The notes: a model not told the origin generated them from the sequence alone. Positions 20,516 to 30,535 are shown, counted from the stretch's first letter. The stretch: DNA of 64,000 nt from Parcubacteria group bacterium (GCA_028286615.1 JAQBRG010000005.1:913-64912); one strand, 5' to 3'. Program-made: numbers and translations.

Positions 20516-20545
20516 TCCCGCCGTGCCTTGTGAGCGACGGCGGGA
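20516..20545 (-). terminator. Intrinsic terminator
   Basis: TCCCGCCGT / ACGGCGGGA stem, A-run on its left (U-tail on minus). Confidence 0.65.
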
Positions 20546-20571
20546 CCAGTTGAATCGAATGTATTTGGTTC

Positions 20572-21693
20572 TTAGAAGAGCGTCGGACGAACCTCCGCTC
20601 CTTCGTAGATTTTCAGCCAGCCCTCCTGGAGGAACCAGGGCGGAACGTGCGCCTTTTCAAGCGTCCCTTCCGCCTCCAGCGTGCGGTATCCCCACACACA
20701 GTACTCCTCGGAGCCACGAGCAACATGTCCATGTCCGCTGTGATCGGCTTGCGGCCACGGAGACCGTTGGCCGAGCTCGAGTAGGCGGTTGTGTGCGCAT
20801 TTCATCGGGGCCCGGAAGCCGCCGCTGATCTCCACGTACCGCTTGCCCTGACCGAGAGCGGCGCGCAGGAGCTCTACGAGCTCCTCCACACCTTCTCTTG
20901 AACGGAGCTTGGTCGTGATTAGTCTGACGCTCATTGACCGGCCGGTCGCGTAGAAGGGATGCTTTACGTTCTTCCAGCTGCTTCCAAAGTTGTTGTTACT
21001 GTGTCGGTCGGACTGAGCGGCCTTCGGGCAGTAGATGCTGCGCACCGCGTTGCCGCGAATGTATGCATCGGTGTCACCATTGACCATGCCGACCGACTCC
21101 CATCCGTTCATCACGGGATGGTAGGACGGGACAATATGCAGGTGGTCGTTGTGGGTCGGCACCCACTCACTATGCCAGAAGATGAAGCGGTCTGGCTTCG
21201 CAACCGTAAACTGCAGGCCGACCTCGTTGTCGAAGATCGTGCGCTGCGGAATTAGGCTGTAGCGAAGGCTCGGGTGACCGACTTGAAAGACGGCCGCCTG
21301 AAGCGCCTCGTCGGCGGTCTTATGGACCGCGACGATCACGTCCACCCGAATAGGACGAAGGTGCTTCACGATCGTCTCGCGATCGAGCTTCTGGATTTCG
21401 TCGGGGATAAGCCCGAAGTCCATCAGCCGGCGCGAGTCGGAGGCCGTGAGATTGTGGTTGCGATATTCCGCGACCATCAGGCCGCCCATGGCCGGCGTGC
21501 GGCGGTTCTTCACGAACTGCTGAGCATGCGACGCCGCAAGGCGTAGCACGGAGAGCTGAGTGTTGTCAGACGAATCGGCATAAAGCACGATCTCGTCGAC
21601 CTGGTCCAAGTAGTCGAGGTGGATTTCAGCCACAGGCTTTTTACCCTTGGACACAATCCACACCTGGCCGTTGAGTTGCAGCTTGAAGGACAT
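20572..21693 (-). CDS. Hypothetical GC-rich protein next to tRNA-Glu
   Basis: 373-aa ORF; TTGACA-type promoter upstream; own terminator. Confidence 0.65.
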   Translation of the reverse strand: MSFKLQLNGQVWIVSKGKKPVAEIHLDYLDQVDEIVLYADSSDNTQLSVLRLAASHAQQFVKNRRTPAMGGLMVAEYRNHNLTASDSRRLMDFGLIPDEIQKLDRETIVKHLRPIRVDVIVAVHKTADEALQAAVFQVGHPSLRYSLIPQRTIFDNEVGLQFTVAKPDRFIFWHSEWVPTHNDHLHIVPSYHPVMNGWESVGMVNGDTDAYIRGNAVRSIYCPKAAQSDRHSNNNFGSSWKNVKHPFYATGRSMSVRLITTKLRSREGVEELVELLRAALGQGKRYVEISGGFRAPMKCAHNRLLELGQRSPWPQADHSGHGHVARGSEEYCVWGYRTLEAEGTLEKAHVPPWFLQEGWLKIYEGAEVRPTLF

Positions 21694-21960
21694 CTTTAAA
21701 CCCTTTCATTCGTTTATGTTGGATCTGTTTCCTGCCTAATATAATACACCGAAATTAGCTAATTTGTCAAACTTTTGTGCCGCTATTCCTTATTTCTAAT
21801 CCCTAAAGACAGTATCTAGACGAGTTCTAGCTCCCGTTCAAGAGAGCGGCCAAACACAAGCCAGGAATTAAGCTCTGAAACCAGAGGGTTCCAATTACGA
21901 CTAATTTGGGTCACATTCATATTAGGTCGTTTGCATAAGACCATAAGGTATTATTTACCT

Positions 21961-22401
21961 ATGGAATTTAGAAACAGGGAACTCACAAATCGCCCGCTCT
22001 TCCCGGTAGGGATTAACATCTTTGTAATACGTGATGGGAAGATACTCCTAGGCAAGAGAAAGTCCTCATATCATGACGGTGAATGGGGAGTGCCAGGAGG
22101 ACATCTTGAAGAAGGAGAGAAGATGCTTGAGTGCGCTGCCCGCGAGCTCCTAGAGGAAACAGGACTAACTGCTACTACTCTAGAGTTTGTTATTACAGAC
22201 AACGATCCCAGACAAGACAAATTTCATTACGTGCATTTTGGCTTCTTGGCTGAAAACACGATTGGCGAACCAAAACTCATGGAGCCGGAGTGTTGTTACG
22301 GTTGGGAATGGTTCCCGCTGAATGAACTCCCAAGCCCGATATTCATAGGACACCAGAAGATAATCCAAGGATTTATCGACGGGAAACAATTCCTAGATTA
22401 A
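21961..22401 (+). CDS. NUDIX hydrolase (NUDT15-like)
   Basis: ILLGKRK, PGGHLE.GE, RELLEETG, EPE.C..WEWF. Confidence 0.88.
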   Translation: MEFRNRELTNRPLFPVGINIFVIRDGKILLGKRKSSYHDGEWGVPGGHLEEGEKMLECAARELLEETGLTATTLEFVITDNDPRQDKFHYVHFGFLAENTIGEPKLMEPECCYGWEWFPLNELPSPIFIGHQKIIQGFIDGKQFLD

Positions 22402-22490
22402 GTCCATATTTAAAGCTCCATTGCTAGGTATATTGACGTTATCTCAACAAGCAGCATAATCACAAGGTTCTTTAAAAAGAAAGGTAAGTC

Positions 22491-22952
22491 ATGCCAGGTC
22501 CAGGTAGAGAGCTGTATTGCGTAGCGTATGGAACGCTTCTCAATCCGCTGATATTGCAGAAATGCGCACCAAATGCCAGGTTTATGGGTATCGCAGAAAT
22601 TGAGAACTACGAACTGGTGTTTGATGGGCAATCCAGAAATCGGCCGGGAGCAACGGCTAATATCGTGTATGCTCCTGGCTATACTGTGTGGGGTGCGCTC
22701 TACTGCATCCCTGTTTCAGACCAGGAAGGCCTCAACGCCTTTGAAGGTTGCCCTGAGCACTACAATCTGGAGCAAGTCGATATCCTGCTGCCAAACGGCA
22801 GAAAGATGATGGCTTCAGCATACTGCAGAACAGGACGTGAAAAAGGGAAGCCCTGCAAGAGTTATTTGAAAGATGTGGTGGACGGCGCAGAACATCGTGG
22901 ACTGCCTGCATCCTATATCTACAGACTTGAGGATATCGAAACCGTAGACTAG
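22491..22952 (+). CDS. Gamma-glutamylcyclotransferase (AIG2-like) family
   Basis: AYGT.L, A.I......VWG.LY, FEG.P..Y. Confidence 0.8.
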   Translation: MPGPGRELYCVAYGTLLNPLILQKCAPNARFMGIAEIENYELVFDGQSRNRPGATANIVYAPGYTVWGALYCIPVSDQEGLNAFEGCPEHYNLEQVDILLPNGRKMMASAYCRTGREKGKPCKSYLKDVVDGAEHRGLPASYIYRLEDIETVD

Positions 22953-23064
22953 CTCCCAGGTAATGAAACCTAAGTGCATAAGAGCTCTCAAACCAACATG
23001 GCGCGAGAGTTCTTTTACGTTTCCCCATGAAGAAACCTCGTGTGAGCGAAGAGTCTCCACGAGG

Positions 23065-23277
23065 TTAAGGTTTTGCATCAACGATAAAGGTCACAATGGC
23101 TTTCCCGTCATGAAGGTCTCCGAGTGTAACCTTGATGCCCAAGCATTCGTTAGGAATGTTGACTATGCTCCCTGGTTTTCCTCCAAGCTGCTTAGCCAGG
23201 GTAATTGCACAGGTGGCTGCGTTGTGTGCAGCGATAAGAAAGTCTTCTTGGATTTCAGGTGCCTCAGACTCGGACAT
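23065..23277 (-). CDS. Small hypothetical protein
   Basis: 70-aa ORF with GGAGG upstream. Confidence 0.5.
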   Translation of the reverse strand: MSESEAPEIQEDFLIAAHNAATCAITLAKQLGGKPGSIVNIPNECLGIKVTLGDLHDGKAIVTFIVDAKP

Positions 23278-23343
23278 TTCACGTCCTCCAGAATTGCTCT
23301 GCAGATAGCATACGGCATTTTCTTATAAATACACCTCGTGGAA

Positions 23344-24171
23344 TTAATACCTTTTCTTCCAGTATCCAAACAATTTTCCAATAGGTACAAAGGTACCAAT
23401 CTTTCTCCTACGTATCGAAAGTGCGAAGCCGGTGGTGCCAAGTTCTTCCCCAATGCGCTCTGCGAGAGAACGCATATACGTACCAGACCCGCACACAACT
23501 CTCAGTCTCAATACATAGAAGCTTCTTTCATGAATTGCGGCAAACAATGTCTTCCAACCAACACGAATAACATCCTGTCTAAAGTCTGCACCAAGTACTT
23601 TGGAAGGTTCGTCCGAACGCGGTGCCTTAGAAAGGAAGTGCAGAATGCGGGTCTCTAACGTTTCTTTAGGTACGCAACTAACTCCTCGAGAGCGGATGCG
23701 GTACAGCGTCTCTTCATGTATAGGAATATCTATCGTATCGAGCGTTCCTTCAAGCGCGTATTGGAAGAGAGGCTTTCCATTAACCGTCTTAGAGGCGTAC
23801 GCAGGGTAGGGAATGGTGTGTGTGCCAAGCTGGGTATGGAGCATGGCACGAAGCTCAGCGTTCGATATCTTCGTTTCTTTTCCGTGGTACTCGGGAATAC
23901 CAAGCGCGTCTCCTGTATCTGTTTTGAAGTCGAGTACAACTTCTATATCGTATTCCTTGTCGAGATTGGTATATGCATCTTTGTTCTTGCATTCAGCACC
24001 AAGCAACACGAGCAACTTTCCTGAAGCCATAGGATCTAATCTACCTGCATAGCTTGCGGGCATTTCTTTGTATCTCGGGTTACGTACCTTCCACGCCTCA
24101 AGAACCTCAAGCGGCGTTTGCCCAACTTTCTTCTCTAGAACAACGCACTTACGCAGTGTGTTCTTTGCCAT
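23344..24171 (-). CDS. truB: tRNA pseudouridine(55) synthase-like
   Basis: YAGRLDPMASG, CGSGTYMRSL. Confidence 0.88.
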   Translation of the reverse strand: MAKNTLRKCVVLEKKVGQTPLEVLEAWKVRNPRYKEMPASYAGRLDPMASGKLLVLLGAECKNKDAYTNLDKEYDIEVVLDFKTDTGDALGIPEYHGKETKISNAELRAMLHTQLGTHTIPYPAYASKTVNGKPLFQYALEGTLDTIDIPIHEETLYRIRSRGVSCVPKETLETRILHFLSKAPRSDEPSKVLGADFRQDVIRVGWKTLFAAIHERSFYVLRLRVVCGSGTYMRSLAERIGEELGTTGFALSIRRRKIGTFVPIGKLFGYWKKRY

Positions 24172-25411
24172 GGCCTGAAATAGCGTTCGAGGTATTCCTT
24201 AGGAAGAACACGAAGATAAGGAAGCCTATGAAAACAAACACGCTTCCCGCGATCATAGGAGCTGCGGGCGCAAACGATGCTGCCAAGTATCCTGCGATTA
24301 TCGGAGGAATAGCTTGTGCTAGTGCCTGTACTGAAGCGGCAATACCAAGTACGGTACCTTGCTGGTTCTGGTCTCCTGCGCGGCTAATAAGTGCATTAAG
24401 GTTTGCCATTATGAGACCCATACAAACAGCCTGGGGAAGACCAACGAGATAGAGCATCCAGCTGTAGGGAACTAGCGTAAAGCTAAGTACGGTTACTGAT
24501 ACGCCAAGAAGGGCAACCGAGATAATGGCATAGGGAGAGAACCGTTTTGCCATGAAGCCCGTAACAAATGCCTGGGTTAGAGCAATACATACACCGATGA
24601 ATGCAAAGTAGTCTCCGATGTTGCCCTGAGTAAAGCTGAACTTGTACACCATGTATGCACCAAAGAAGGTGGTGAAGAATGCGAACCCGGCCTGGAAGAA
24701 GAAGCTAACGCTGAATATCTTGCGAAGTCTTGGTTCCGCAAAGGCTTTCCAGATATTAATGAAAGACTGTGCAAAGTGCATTGCTTCTGTAGCTTTCTGC
24801 TTAAGAGTCTCGTTAAAGAGGAAGAACACCGCAAGCGCATTTAGGAAGCTAATTGCTGCAGCAAACCAGAATGGCGTTGTTGCATTGAACCAGGGAAGGA
24901 TAGAAGGGTCCGAAAGCTTTCCGCCGAGGAAAGGACCTATGATAAAGCCAATACCGAACGCAGCTCCAAGCGCACCGAAACTCTTTGCCCGGTTCTCAGG
25001 AGTTGTAGAGTCTGCAATAGCCGCTTGAGCCACAGAAATATTTCCGCCTGTTATGCCGTCGAGTGCGCGAGATATGAAGAGAATGGGAATATTCCTCGTA
25101 ATAATGCCTATCGCAAATATCACATACGAGAGGGCAGTACCAAGCAAGGAGAAAGCAAGCACTGGTCTGCGGCCTATACGGTCTGAAAGCTGCCCGAGAA
25201 TAGGTGTTGCGATGAACTGCATCAAAGGGAAGATGGCGGTGAGAAGACCGAGCACTATATACCCCTCAGCAACCGTTAGAGAAGCAAGATAGTATGGGTA
25301 GGTTGGGTCCGTAAGGAGAAGCGGGATAACCGGAATAAGAATACCGATACCAAGCATGTCTACTAAAATGATACAGAAAACGATAACCAGCGGACTTTTG
25401 AGTTTATGCAT
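24149..25411 (-). CDS. MFS transporter, TetA/DHA1 family
   Basis: GQLSDRIGRRP, DGITGGN, GFIIGPFLGG. Confidence 0.9.
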   Translation of the reverse strand: MHKLKSPLVIVFCIILVDMLGIGILIPVIPLLLTDPTYPYYLASLTVAEGYIVLGLLTAIFPLMQFIATPILGQLSDRIGRRPVLAFSLLGTALSYVIFAIGIITRNIPILFISRALDGITGGNISVAQAAIADSTTPENRAKSFGALGAAFGIGFIIGPFLGGKLSDPSILPWFNATTPFWFAAAISFLNALAVFFLFNETLKQKATEAMHFAQSFINIWKAFAEPRLRKIFSVSFFFQAGFAFFTTFFGAYMVYKFSFTQGNIGDYFAFIGVCIALTQAFVTGFMAKRFSPYAIISVALLGVSVTVLSFTLVPYSWMLYLVGLPQAVCMGLIMANLNALISRAGDQNQQGTVLGIAASVQALAQAIPPIIAGYLAASFAPAAPMIAGSVFVFIGFLIFVFFLRNTSNAISGHGKEHTA

Positions 25412-25460
25412 AGGTAAATTGATAGTACCAGGATTAGATGAAGATTTGTATTAATAGAGA

Positions 25461-25490
25461 AAAGGCCCTGGCTTATGCGCCAGGGCCTTT
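25461..25490. terminator. Intrinsic terminator
   Basis: AAAGGCCCTGG / CCAGGGCCTTT 11-bp stem. Confidence 0.7.
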
Positions 25491-25510
25491 GCTTCACTAC
25501 TAAGAACTTT

Positions 25511-26200
25511 TTACGTGCAAGCCATGTCAGATAAATCACGAAAGCTATATCCGAACCCCCAAATCGTGACAATACCAGCGGTGGCCTTCGCACCCGCCAG
25601 TTTCTTGCGGACATTTGAGACATACACACCAATTATGCGATTCTCAGGCGCGTCACCGTGTCCGTAAAGGTGTTGCAGAAAACTCTCAGATTCAATAGGA
25701 ATATTCTTGCGAAGCATAAGCAACTCGAGAACCCCAAATTCTTTAGGCTTTAGGTTAAGACGCGAGTCTCCAACATACACACATCTTTCGTTTATGCGAA
25801 GACATACATTGCCGAGCTCAATCGAAGGGCGAGCATGTCCTAACGATCGACGGCTAACAGCCCGAGTACGGGCAATTAACTCATCCTGGTGAAAGGGCCT
25901 GGATAGGAAATCATCTGCGCCAGCCTCTAGGTAACTTACTTTAATGTCGACTGCTTGCGTCTGACCTAAAACAATTACAGGAGTGTCTATTTTGGCTGCT
26001 CGCAATGCCTTAAGCACTTGAAGACCATACATGTCAGGCAGCTTGAGACTAAGCGTAATAAGGTCGTACTCGTATACCTTAGCCAAATCAATAGCTTCTT
26101 CACCCAGGTCAGTTACCTGGACAATAAAGCCTGCCGTTTTGAGCATGAGTTCAACTGACTGCGCAACCGACGAATCATTTTCAACAACCAAAATACGCAT
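25511..26200 (-). CDS. CtrA-like OmpR-family regulator lacking the phosphoacceptor Asp
   Basis: CtrA-specific strings TDLGEE.IDL.K.Y.YD, RRS.GHA, LELL.LRK, FL.HLYG..D.PE; position 51 is Ser. Confidence 0.8.
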   Translation of the reverse strand: MRILVVENDSSVAQSVELMLKTAGFIVQVTDLGEEAIDLAKVYEYDLITLSLKLPDMYGLQVLKALRAAKIDTPVIVLGQTQAVDIKVSYLEAGADDFLSRPFHQDELIARTRAVSRRSLGHARPSIELGNVCLRINERCVYVGDSRLNLKPKEFGVLELLMLRKNIPIESESFLQHLYGHGDAPENRIIGVYVSNVRKKLAGAKATAGIVTIWGFGYSFRDLSDMACT

Positions 26201-26351
26201 TTCAAACCCCTTATTGTGATTGCGATCTGTATAAGAACAGAACCTGTGGGCAGCATAGCCTTGCAGGCATTTTAGTCAATAAAAGACGTTTTTGAATATA
26301 AATAAACAACGCCCTGCATTCTGCAAGGCGAAGTGTTTTGGTTCAGGCTGG

Positions 26352-26702
26352 TTAGCCTGTTGCTCGAAATACATTCAGGATTTCAAACGAGGGTCTGATT
26401 ACGCGGGAACGAAACCCGAAGTATTTCTCAGTAAGGCGAGCGAAGTCGTTCGCGTCTTTCTGAACCTTCTGCATATTCCTCCCAAGGGAGACGTAGTTAG
26501 TGAGGGCAACGCTGCCTTGCTCTGAGATAATACCCAGAGGTCGACCCGTGTCCTTACGGAAAGCCTTGAATTGGCTAGCGAAGAATTGCAGGTCTGCGCA
26601 TATCCTTTCGAAGCCGCTGTCGGTGACGACGGCGGTCAGATTGGTCACACACGAGGTGTCGATCAGTGTTGGGCAAAGAACATTCAAGTCATAGAAGATC
26701 AT
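26352..26702 (-). CDS. Hypothetical protein
   Basis: 116-aa ORF. Confidence 0.5.
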   Translation of the reverse strand: MIFYDLNVLCPTLIDTSCVTNLTAVVTDSGFERICADLQFFASQFKAFRKDTGRPLGIISEQGSVALTNYVSLGRNMQKVQKDANDFARLTEKYFGFRSRVIRPSFEILNVFRATG

Positions 26703-26824
26703 GGTGTTTCTCTCAAAAAAGGTTGAGAGAACACCCCGCCATCAAGTTTTCTTGTTTTTGGTACTACCGAAACTATAGCACACTTTTAGAATAAAAGGAA
26801 AGGCGAGCAGTGCTCGCCAGTGCC

Positions 26825-27118
26825 TTAATCGTAGGTGCTAACGGGAATTACGTCCTCGTTGGTCTCCTTAAGATGAGCTTTCAATTCCGCTTCTTGCTTC
26901 AGACGGTATTCGTCTGCAACGCTTGCGGCTAACTGCTTTTTGACTTTGTTTTTCTCCCTTCTGAGGGCACCCGCTTTCTTAGCAGCTTCTGCGGCTCTTT
27001 GCCGCATTTCAGAAATTGCTTTCGGGTTCCCACTTTCGAGTACTCGACGTACAAACTCGGGAGCACGGCGCTGTTGAGGCATCGACGTTCTCTTTCCACT
27101 AAGGCCTTCTAGTCCCAT
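26825..27118 (-). CDS. Hypothetical basic protein
   Basis: ORF directly downstream of yqeY-like gene. Confidence 0.5.
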   Translation of the reverse strand: MGLEGLSGKRTSMPQQRRAPEFVRRVLESGNPKAISEMRQRAAEAAKKAGALRREKNKVKKQLAASVADEYRLKQEAELKAHLKETNEDVIPVSTYD

Positions 27119-27125
27119 TTTATAT

Positions 27126-27581
27126 TTAAGAAAGGAGACTGTCTATAACTTCCTTAACGACATTTCCGTCTGCCTGCCCTTTAAAATCCTTCATGATTGA
27201 ACCCATGAATTTGCCGGCATCAGCTTTGCTCGTAACACCCGCCTCAGCAAGTTTTGCTTTTACAATCGCTTCAATCTCTTCTCGAGATATCTGAGCTGGA
27301 AGGAAAGACTCAATAATAGCAAGCTCCTTATATTCAGGTTCAGCAAGTTCAGGACGTCCACCTTTGTTGAATTGCTCTATAGAATCCTTGCGCTGGTTAG
27401 CAGCACGCTTAAGTACAGCAAGTGCTTCGTCGTCTGTAAGAAATTCGTCAGGTTTGCGCTTCTTCGCAACAACTTCGTTTGTCATGGCCGTAACAACTGA
27501 ACGAAGGGTACGTAGCTTGTCTTCGTCTTTGGCACGAAGCGCGTCTGGAATACCGGCTTTAATATCTTGGTGTATGGGCAT
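27126..27581 (-). CDS. GatB/YqeY domain protein
   Basis: QRKDSIEQF..GGR.EL, MG..MK...G.ADG..V. Confidence 0.9.
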   Translation of the reverse strand: MPIHQDIKAGIPDALRAKDEDKLRTLRSVVTAMTNEVVAKKRKPDEFLTDDEALAVLKRAANQRKDSIEQFNKGGRPELAEPEYKELAIIESFLPAQISREEIEAIVKAKLAEAGVTSKADAGKFMGSIMKDFKGQADGNVVKEVIDSLLS

Positions 27582-27583
27582 GG

Positions 27584-28330
27584 TTATTGTGCTACGTACG
27601 AAGCAGGTACGCTTGCGTATGAATCTTTGGTAACAATCACGTGATCTATAAGGTCTATGCCAAGCATGCTGCCAGCTTCAATGAGTTGTTCGGTAACAGC
27701 TACGTCAGCAGGGGAGGCCTCACTAACTCCAGATGGATGGTTGTGCACGAGGATAATAGCGGCTGCAGCGTATTCAAGAGCTGGTCTAAACACTTCTCGA
27801 GGATGTATAAGGTTCGTGTCTATGGTGCCAATGGAAAGGACCTCGTCATGAATTACTTTGTAGTGCCCGTTGAGGTAGAGACCGCGAAGGTGCTCCTTTG
27901 AAAGAGAACGCATGTCTGTGGTGTAATCGTAGACGTCGCTTGCGGTGCGAATGGTTGGAGCTGCGGTTGCGTTCTTCTCAAAGAAACGTCGTCCAAGTTC
28001 GGCACAGGCAACAATTTGCATTGCTTTGCCAATAGGAATATCGAGTTCCTTAGCAAGCGCGTCTGCATCGGTCTGGCGCATGATACTTTTCTCGCCGTAG
28101 TCCTTCATTATGCGAGAAGACATGAGCATAACTTCTTCTTTCTTTGTTCCAGCTGAAAGAAGGATGGCTAGAAGCTCAGTTGTTGAAAGTGCTTGAGGCC
28201 CATTCTCGAGAAGTCGTTCGCGAGGCCGCTCTTCACTCGGAAGATCATTAATTTTAAGCGTGTAGCGGCGCTCTTTATTGCTTCCCATTACAAGGGTGCG
28301 ATCTTGGATTACGTATGGCGAAACTGGCAT
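27584..28330 (-). CDS. radC: RadC/JAB domain protein
   Basis: RPRERL, HPREVF, HNHPSG, DHVI. Confidence 0.92.
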   Translation of the reverse strand: MPVSPYVIQDRTLVMGSNKERRYTLKINDLPSEERPRERLLENGPQALSTTELLAILLSAGTKKEEVMLMSSRIMKDYGEKSIMRQTDADALAKELDIPIGKAMQIVACAELGRRFFEKNATAAPTIRTASDVYDYTTDMRSLSKEHLRGLYLNGHYKVIHDEVLSIGTIDTNLIHPREVFRPALEYAAAAIILVHNHPSGVSEASPADVAVTEQLIEAGSMLGIDLIDHVIVTKDSYASVPASYVAQ

Positions 28331-28387
28331 ATACCCTCACTATACCACCCGCACATAACGCTTTCCCGAGGTATACTTAAGATATAT

Positions 28388-29449
28388 ATGAACATGCTTT
28401 GGATTGGTTTAGCCATACTTTTCTTAATCTTTATGCAGGGCATAGGGCTCTGGCTCATAATGCGGCGCAAGGAGAACACTGAAAGCCCAAAAGACGACGG
28501 GGCGGGTCTGATGCTCCTGCAGAATCAGATAGAGAAACTGGAACGAGCACTTGATGCACGCATGGCCGAGTCTTCTCGTGCCGTACACGAGACTATGAGC
28601 TCGCAGCTTGGAGAATCCTCACGACTTATTAAGGAAATCACGCAGGAGATTACGTCTGTTAAAGAGATTGGACGCGAGACAGGCAAGTTCGCGGAACAAC
28701 TCAAGGGTCTCCAGGATATTCTCAAGAATCCAAAGCAGCGCGGTATCCTTGGCGAGTATTATCTCGAGACAGTTCTCAAGAACGTGCTTCCTCCAGGCAT
28801 GTACAAGATGCAGCACCCGTTTCTTAACGGAGAGATTGTGGACGCCGCTGTATATATAAATGACAAGATAGTGCCGATAGACTCCAAGTTCTCACTCGAC
28901 AACTACAACCGGTACATTCACGCAGAAGGTGCAGAGCGCGTAGCACTTGAGAAAGCATTCGTTAACGATCTCAAGCTTCGTATAACTGAGACTGCTAAGT
29001 ACATCCGTCCTGAAGAGGGAACTATGGACTTCGCGTTCATGTTTATCCCTTCAGAAGGTATCTATTACGATCTCCTCACAAATCAGGTTGGCGCAGGAGA
29101 GGAAGAGAACCTTATACAACGCGCATCTTCCAAGTACAAAGTTATTATCGTTTCCCCAACATCCTTCCTCGCATACCTTCAAACAGTTATGCAGGGACTT
29201 AAAGCGCTTCAGATTGAGAAGCAGGCAGAAGAGATTCAGAAGAGAGTAGGAGAGCTTGGAAAGCACCTTGGCTCATACGAAGATTTTTATAAAAAGCTTG
29301 GCGTGTCTCTTGGCACCGCAGTCTCTCATTACAATGCGGGATACAAAGAGCTCGGGAAAGTAGATAAGGATGTGTACCGCATAACGGCTCAGAAGATTGG
29401 TATGGAGGTTGATCTGCTAGAGAAACCGGGAGCAGGAATAGAGGATTAA
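28388..29449 (+). CDS. rmuC: DNA recombination protein RmuC
   Basis: RGILGE..LE, IDSKF, KYI.P...T.DFAFMFIPSE. Confidence 0.9.
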   Translation: MNMLWIGLAILFLIFMQGIGLWLIMRRKENTESPKDDGAGLMLLQNQIEKLERALDARMAESSRAVHETMSSQLGESSRLIKEITQEITSVKEIGRETGKFAEQLKGLQDILKNPKQRGILGEYYLETVLKNVLPPGMYKMQHPFLNGEIVDAAVYINDKIVPIDSKFSLDNYNRYIHAEGAERVALEKAFVNDLKLRITETAKYIRPEEGTMDFAFMFIPSEGIYYDLLTNQVGAGEEENLIQRASSKYKVIIVSPTSFLAYLQTVMQGLKALQIEKQAEEIQKRVGELGKHLGSYEDFYKKLGVSLGTAVSHYNAGYKELGKVDKDVYRITAQKIGMEVDLLEKPGAGIED

Positions 29450-29487
29450 AATAGTCGCACCCCCTCCGTGAGGAAAGGGTGCGTAGT

Positions 29488-29712
29488 TCAGGAGAACGTT
29501 TCTCCTATTTTCTTGAGCGCTTTCTTGATCTCGTTCAGAGACCCCTGGCTCGCATTTCTGAGGCGCAGGAAGTCGAACTCAGACATCACGACCAGATTGC
29601 CGACGGTCTTGATGTCGTTTTCCTCGAGAATGCCGAGCGTTCTCTTGGACAGCGGGCCCAGAATACTAATGGGCTGGGACCAGGAATTGCCTGGCGTAAC
29701 CGAATTGCTCAT
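29488..29712 (-). CDS. Stand-alone RNA polymerase alpha C-terminal-domain-like protein
   Basis: PI..L..LS.RT...L....I.TVG.L...SE...L...N....SL.EIK..L...G; AGGAGG RBS. Confidence 0.7.
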   Translation of the reverse strand: MSNSVTPGNSWSQPISILGPLSKRTLGILEENDIKTVGNLVVMSEFDFLRLRNASQGSLNEIKKALKKIGETFS

Positions 29713-29814
29713 GGGGTACCTCCTGAAGCTATATTAACATAATTATTACATAAGTCAATTAATACATATCAGAGTCTTGCGTTTTGGCCCTGAAACCCGT
29801 ACAGTAGGGGAACT

Positions 29815-30147
29815 ATGGAATTGGCTGTAATTAAGACGGGCGGAAAGCAGTATGTGGTGTCTCCAGGCGCTCTCGTAACCATCGAGAAGCTTGGTACTGG
29901 CGCTTCTACGCTTGAGCTCAAGAAAGGCGACACAGTAACCTTTGACGAGGTTCTTATGACCGACAATGGCAAGGATACCGTTATCGGTACTCCTTCAGTT
30001 GCTGGGGCTAAGGTAACCGGCACCGTACAGGTTATTGGCCGCAACAAGAAAATCGAGGTGGTGAAATACAAGGCTAAGAGTAACTATTTCAAGCGCCGCG
30101 GACATCGCCAGCCGCACATCAAAGTTAAGATCGACAAGATCGGATAA
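29815..30147 (+). CDS. rplU: 50S ribosomal protein L21
   Basis: AVIKTGGKQY, GHRQ. Confidence 0.95.
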   Translation: MELAVIKTGGKQYVVSPGALVTIEKLGTGASTLELKKGDTVTFDEVLMTDNGKDTVIGTPSVAGAKVTGTVQVIGRNKKIEVVKYKAKSNYFKRRGHRQPHIKVKIDKIG

Positions 30148-30229
30148 GGAAATTCCCGCAAATGTGGGATTTTTCTTTATCTTCGTGTTATTGTCCTTCC
30201 AGAAATTCACCATCTTCTAGGAGATTGCA

Positions 30230-30535
30230 ATGCCCTCGATCTTTTTCTCGTTTCCGTTCCTCGTCGTCAGCCTTTTGGTGTCTATGGCCATTCTCGGCAT
30301 CATCGCCGGCCTTTGGAAGTCCGCGGAGAAGCTCGTTTTCTTCCTGTGCCTGCTGAACGTCACGGCTGCATTCTTCGTTGTTGCCCAGAAATTTCCTATC
30401 GGGCATCTAAGCCACGTGCTCTGCATGGTTGCCTACATCGCGCTCAGCTTTGTAATTCTTCTGATAAGCGCACCGCCAACACGAATGGCCCTGTACCTGT
30501 ACTACACCCGGAACACCTCGAAACACTTGAGCTAG
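30230..30535 (+). CDS. Hypothetical membrane protein
   Basis: Hydrophobic ORF, AGGAG RBS, terminator at ~30565-30590. Confidence 0.5.
   Translation: MPSIFFSFPFLVVSLLVSMAILGIIAGLWKSAEKLVFFLCLLNVTAAFFVVAQKFPIGHLSHVLCMVAYIALSFVILLISAPPTRMALYLYYTRNTSKHLS

Noticed and set aside
20317-20553. 78-aa ORF spanning the tRNA
   Set aside because: Overlaps a clear tRNA-Glu; spurious
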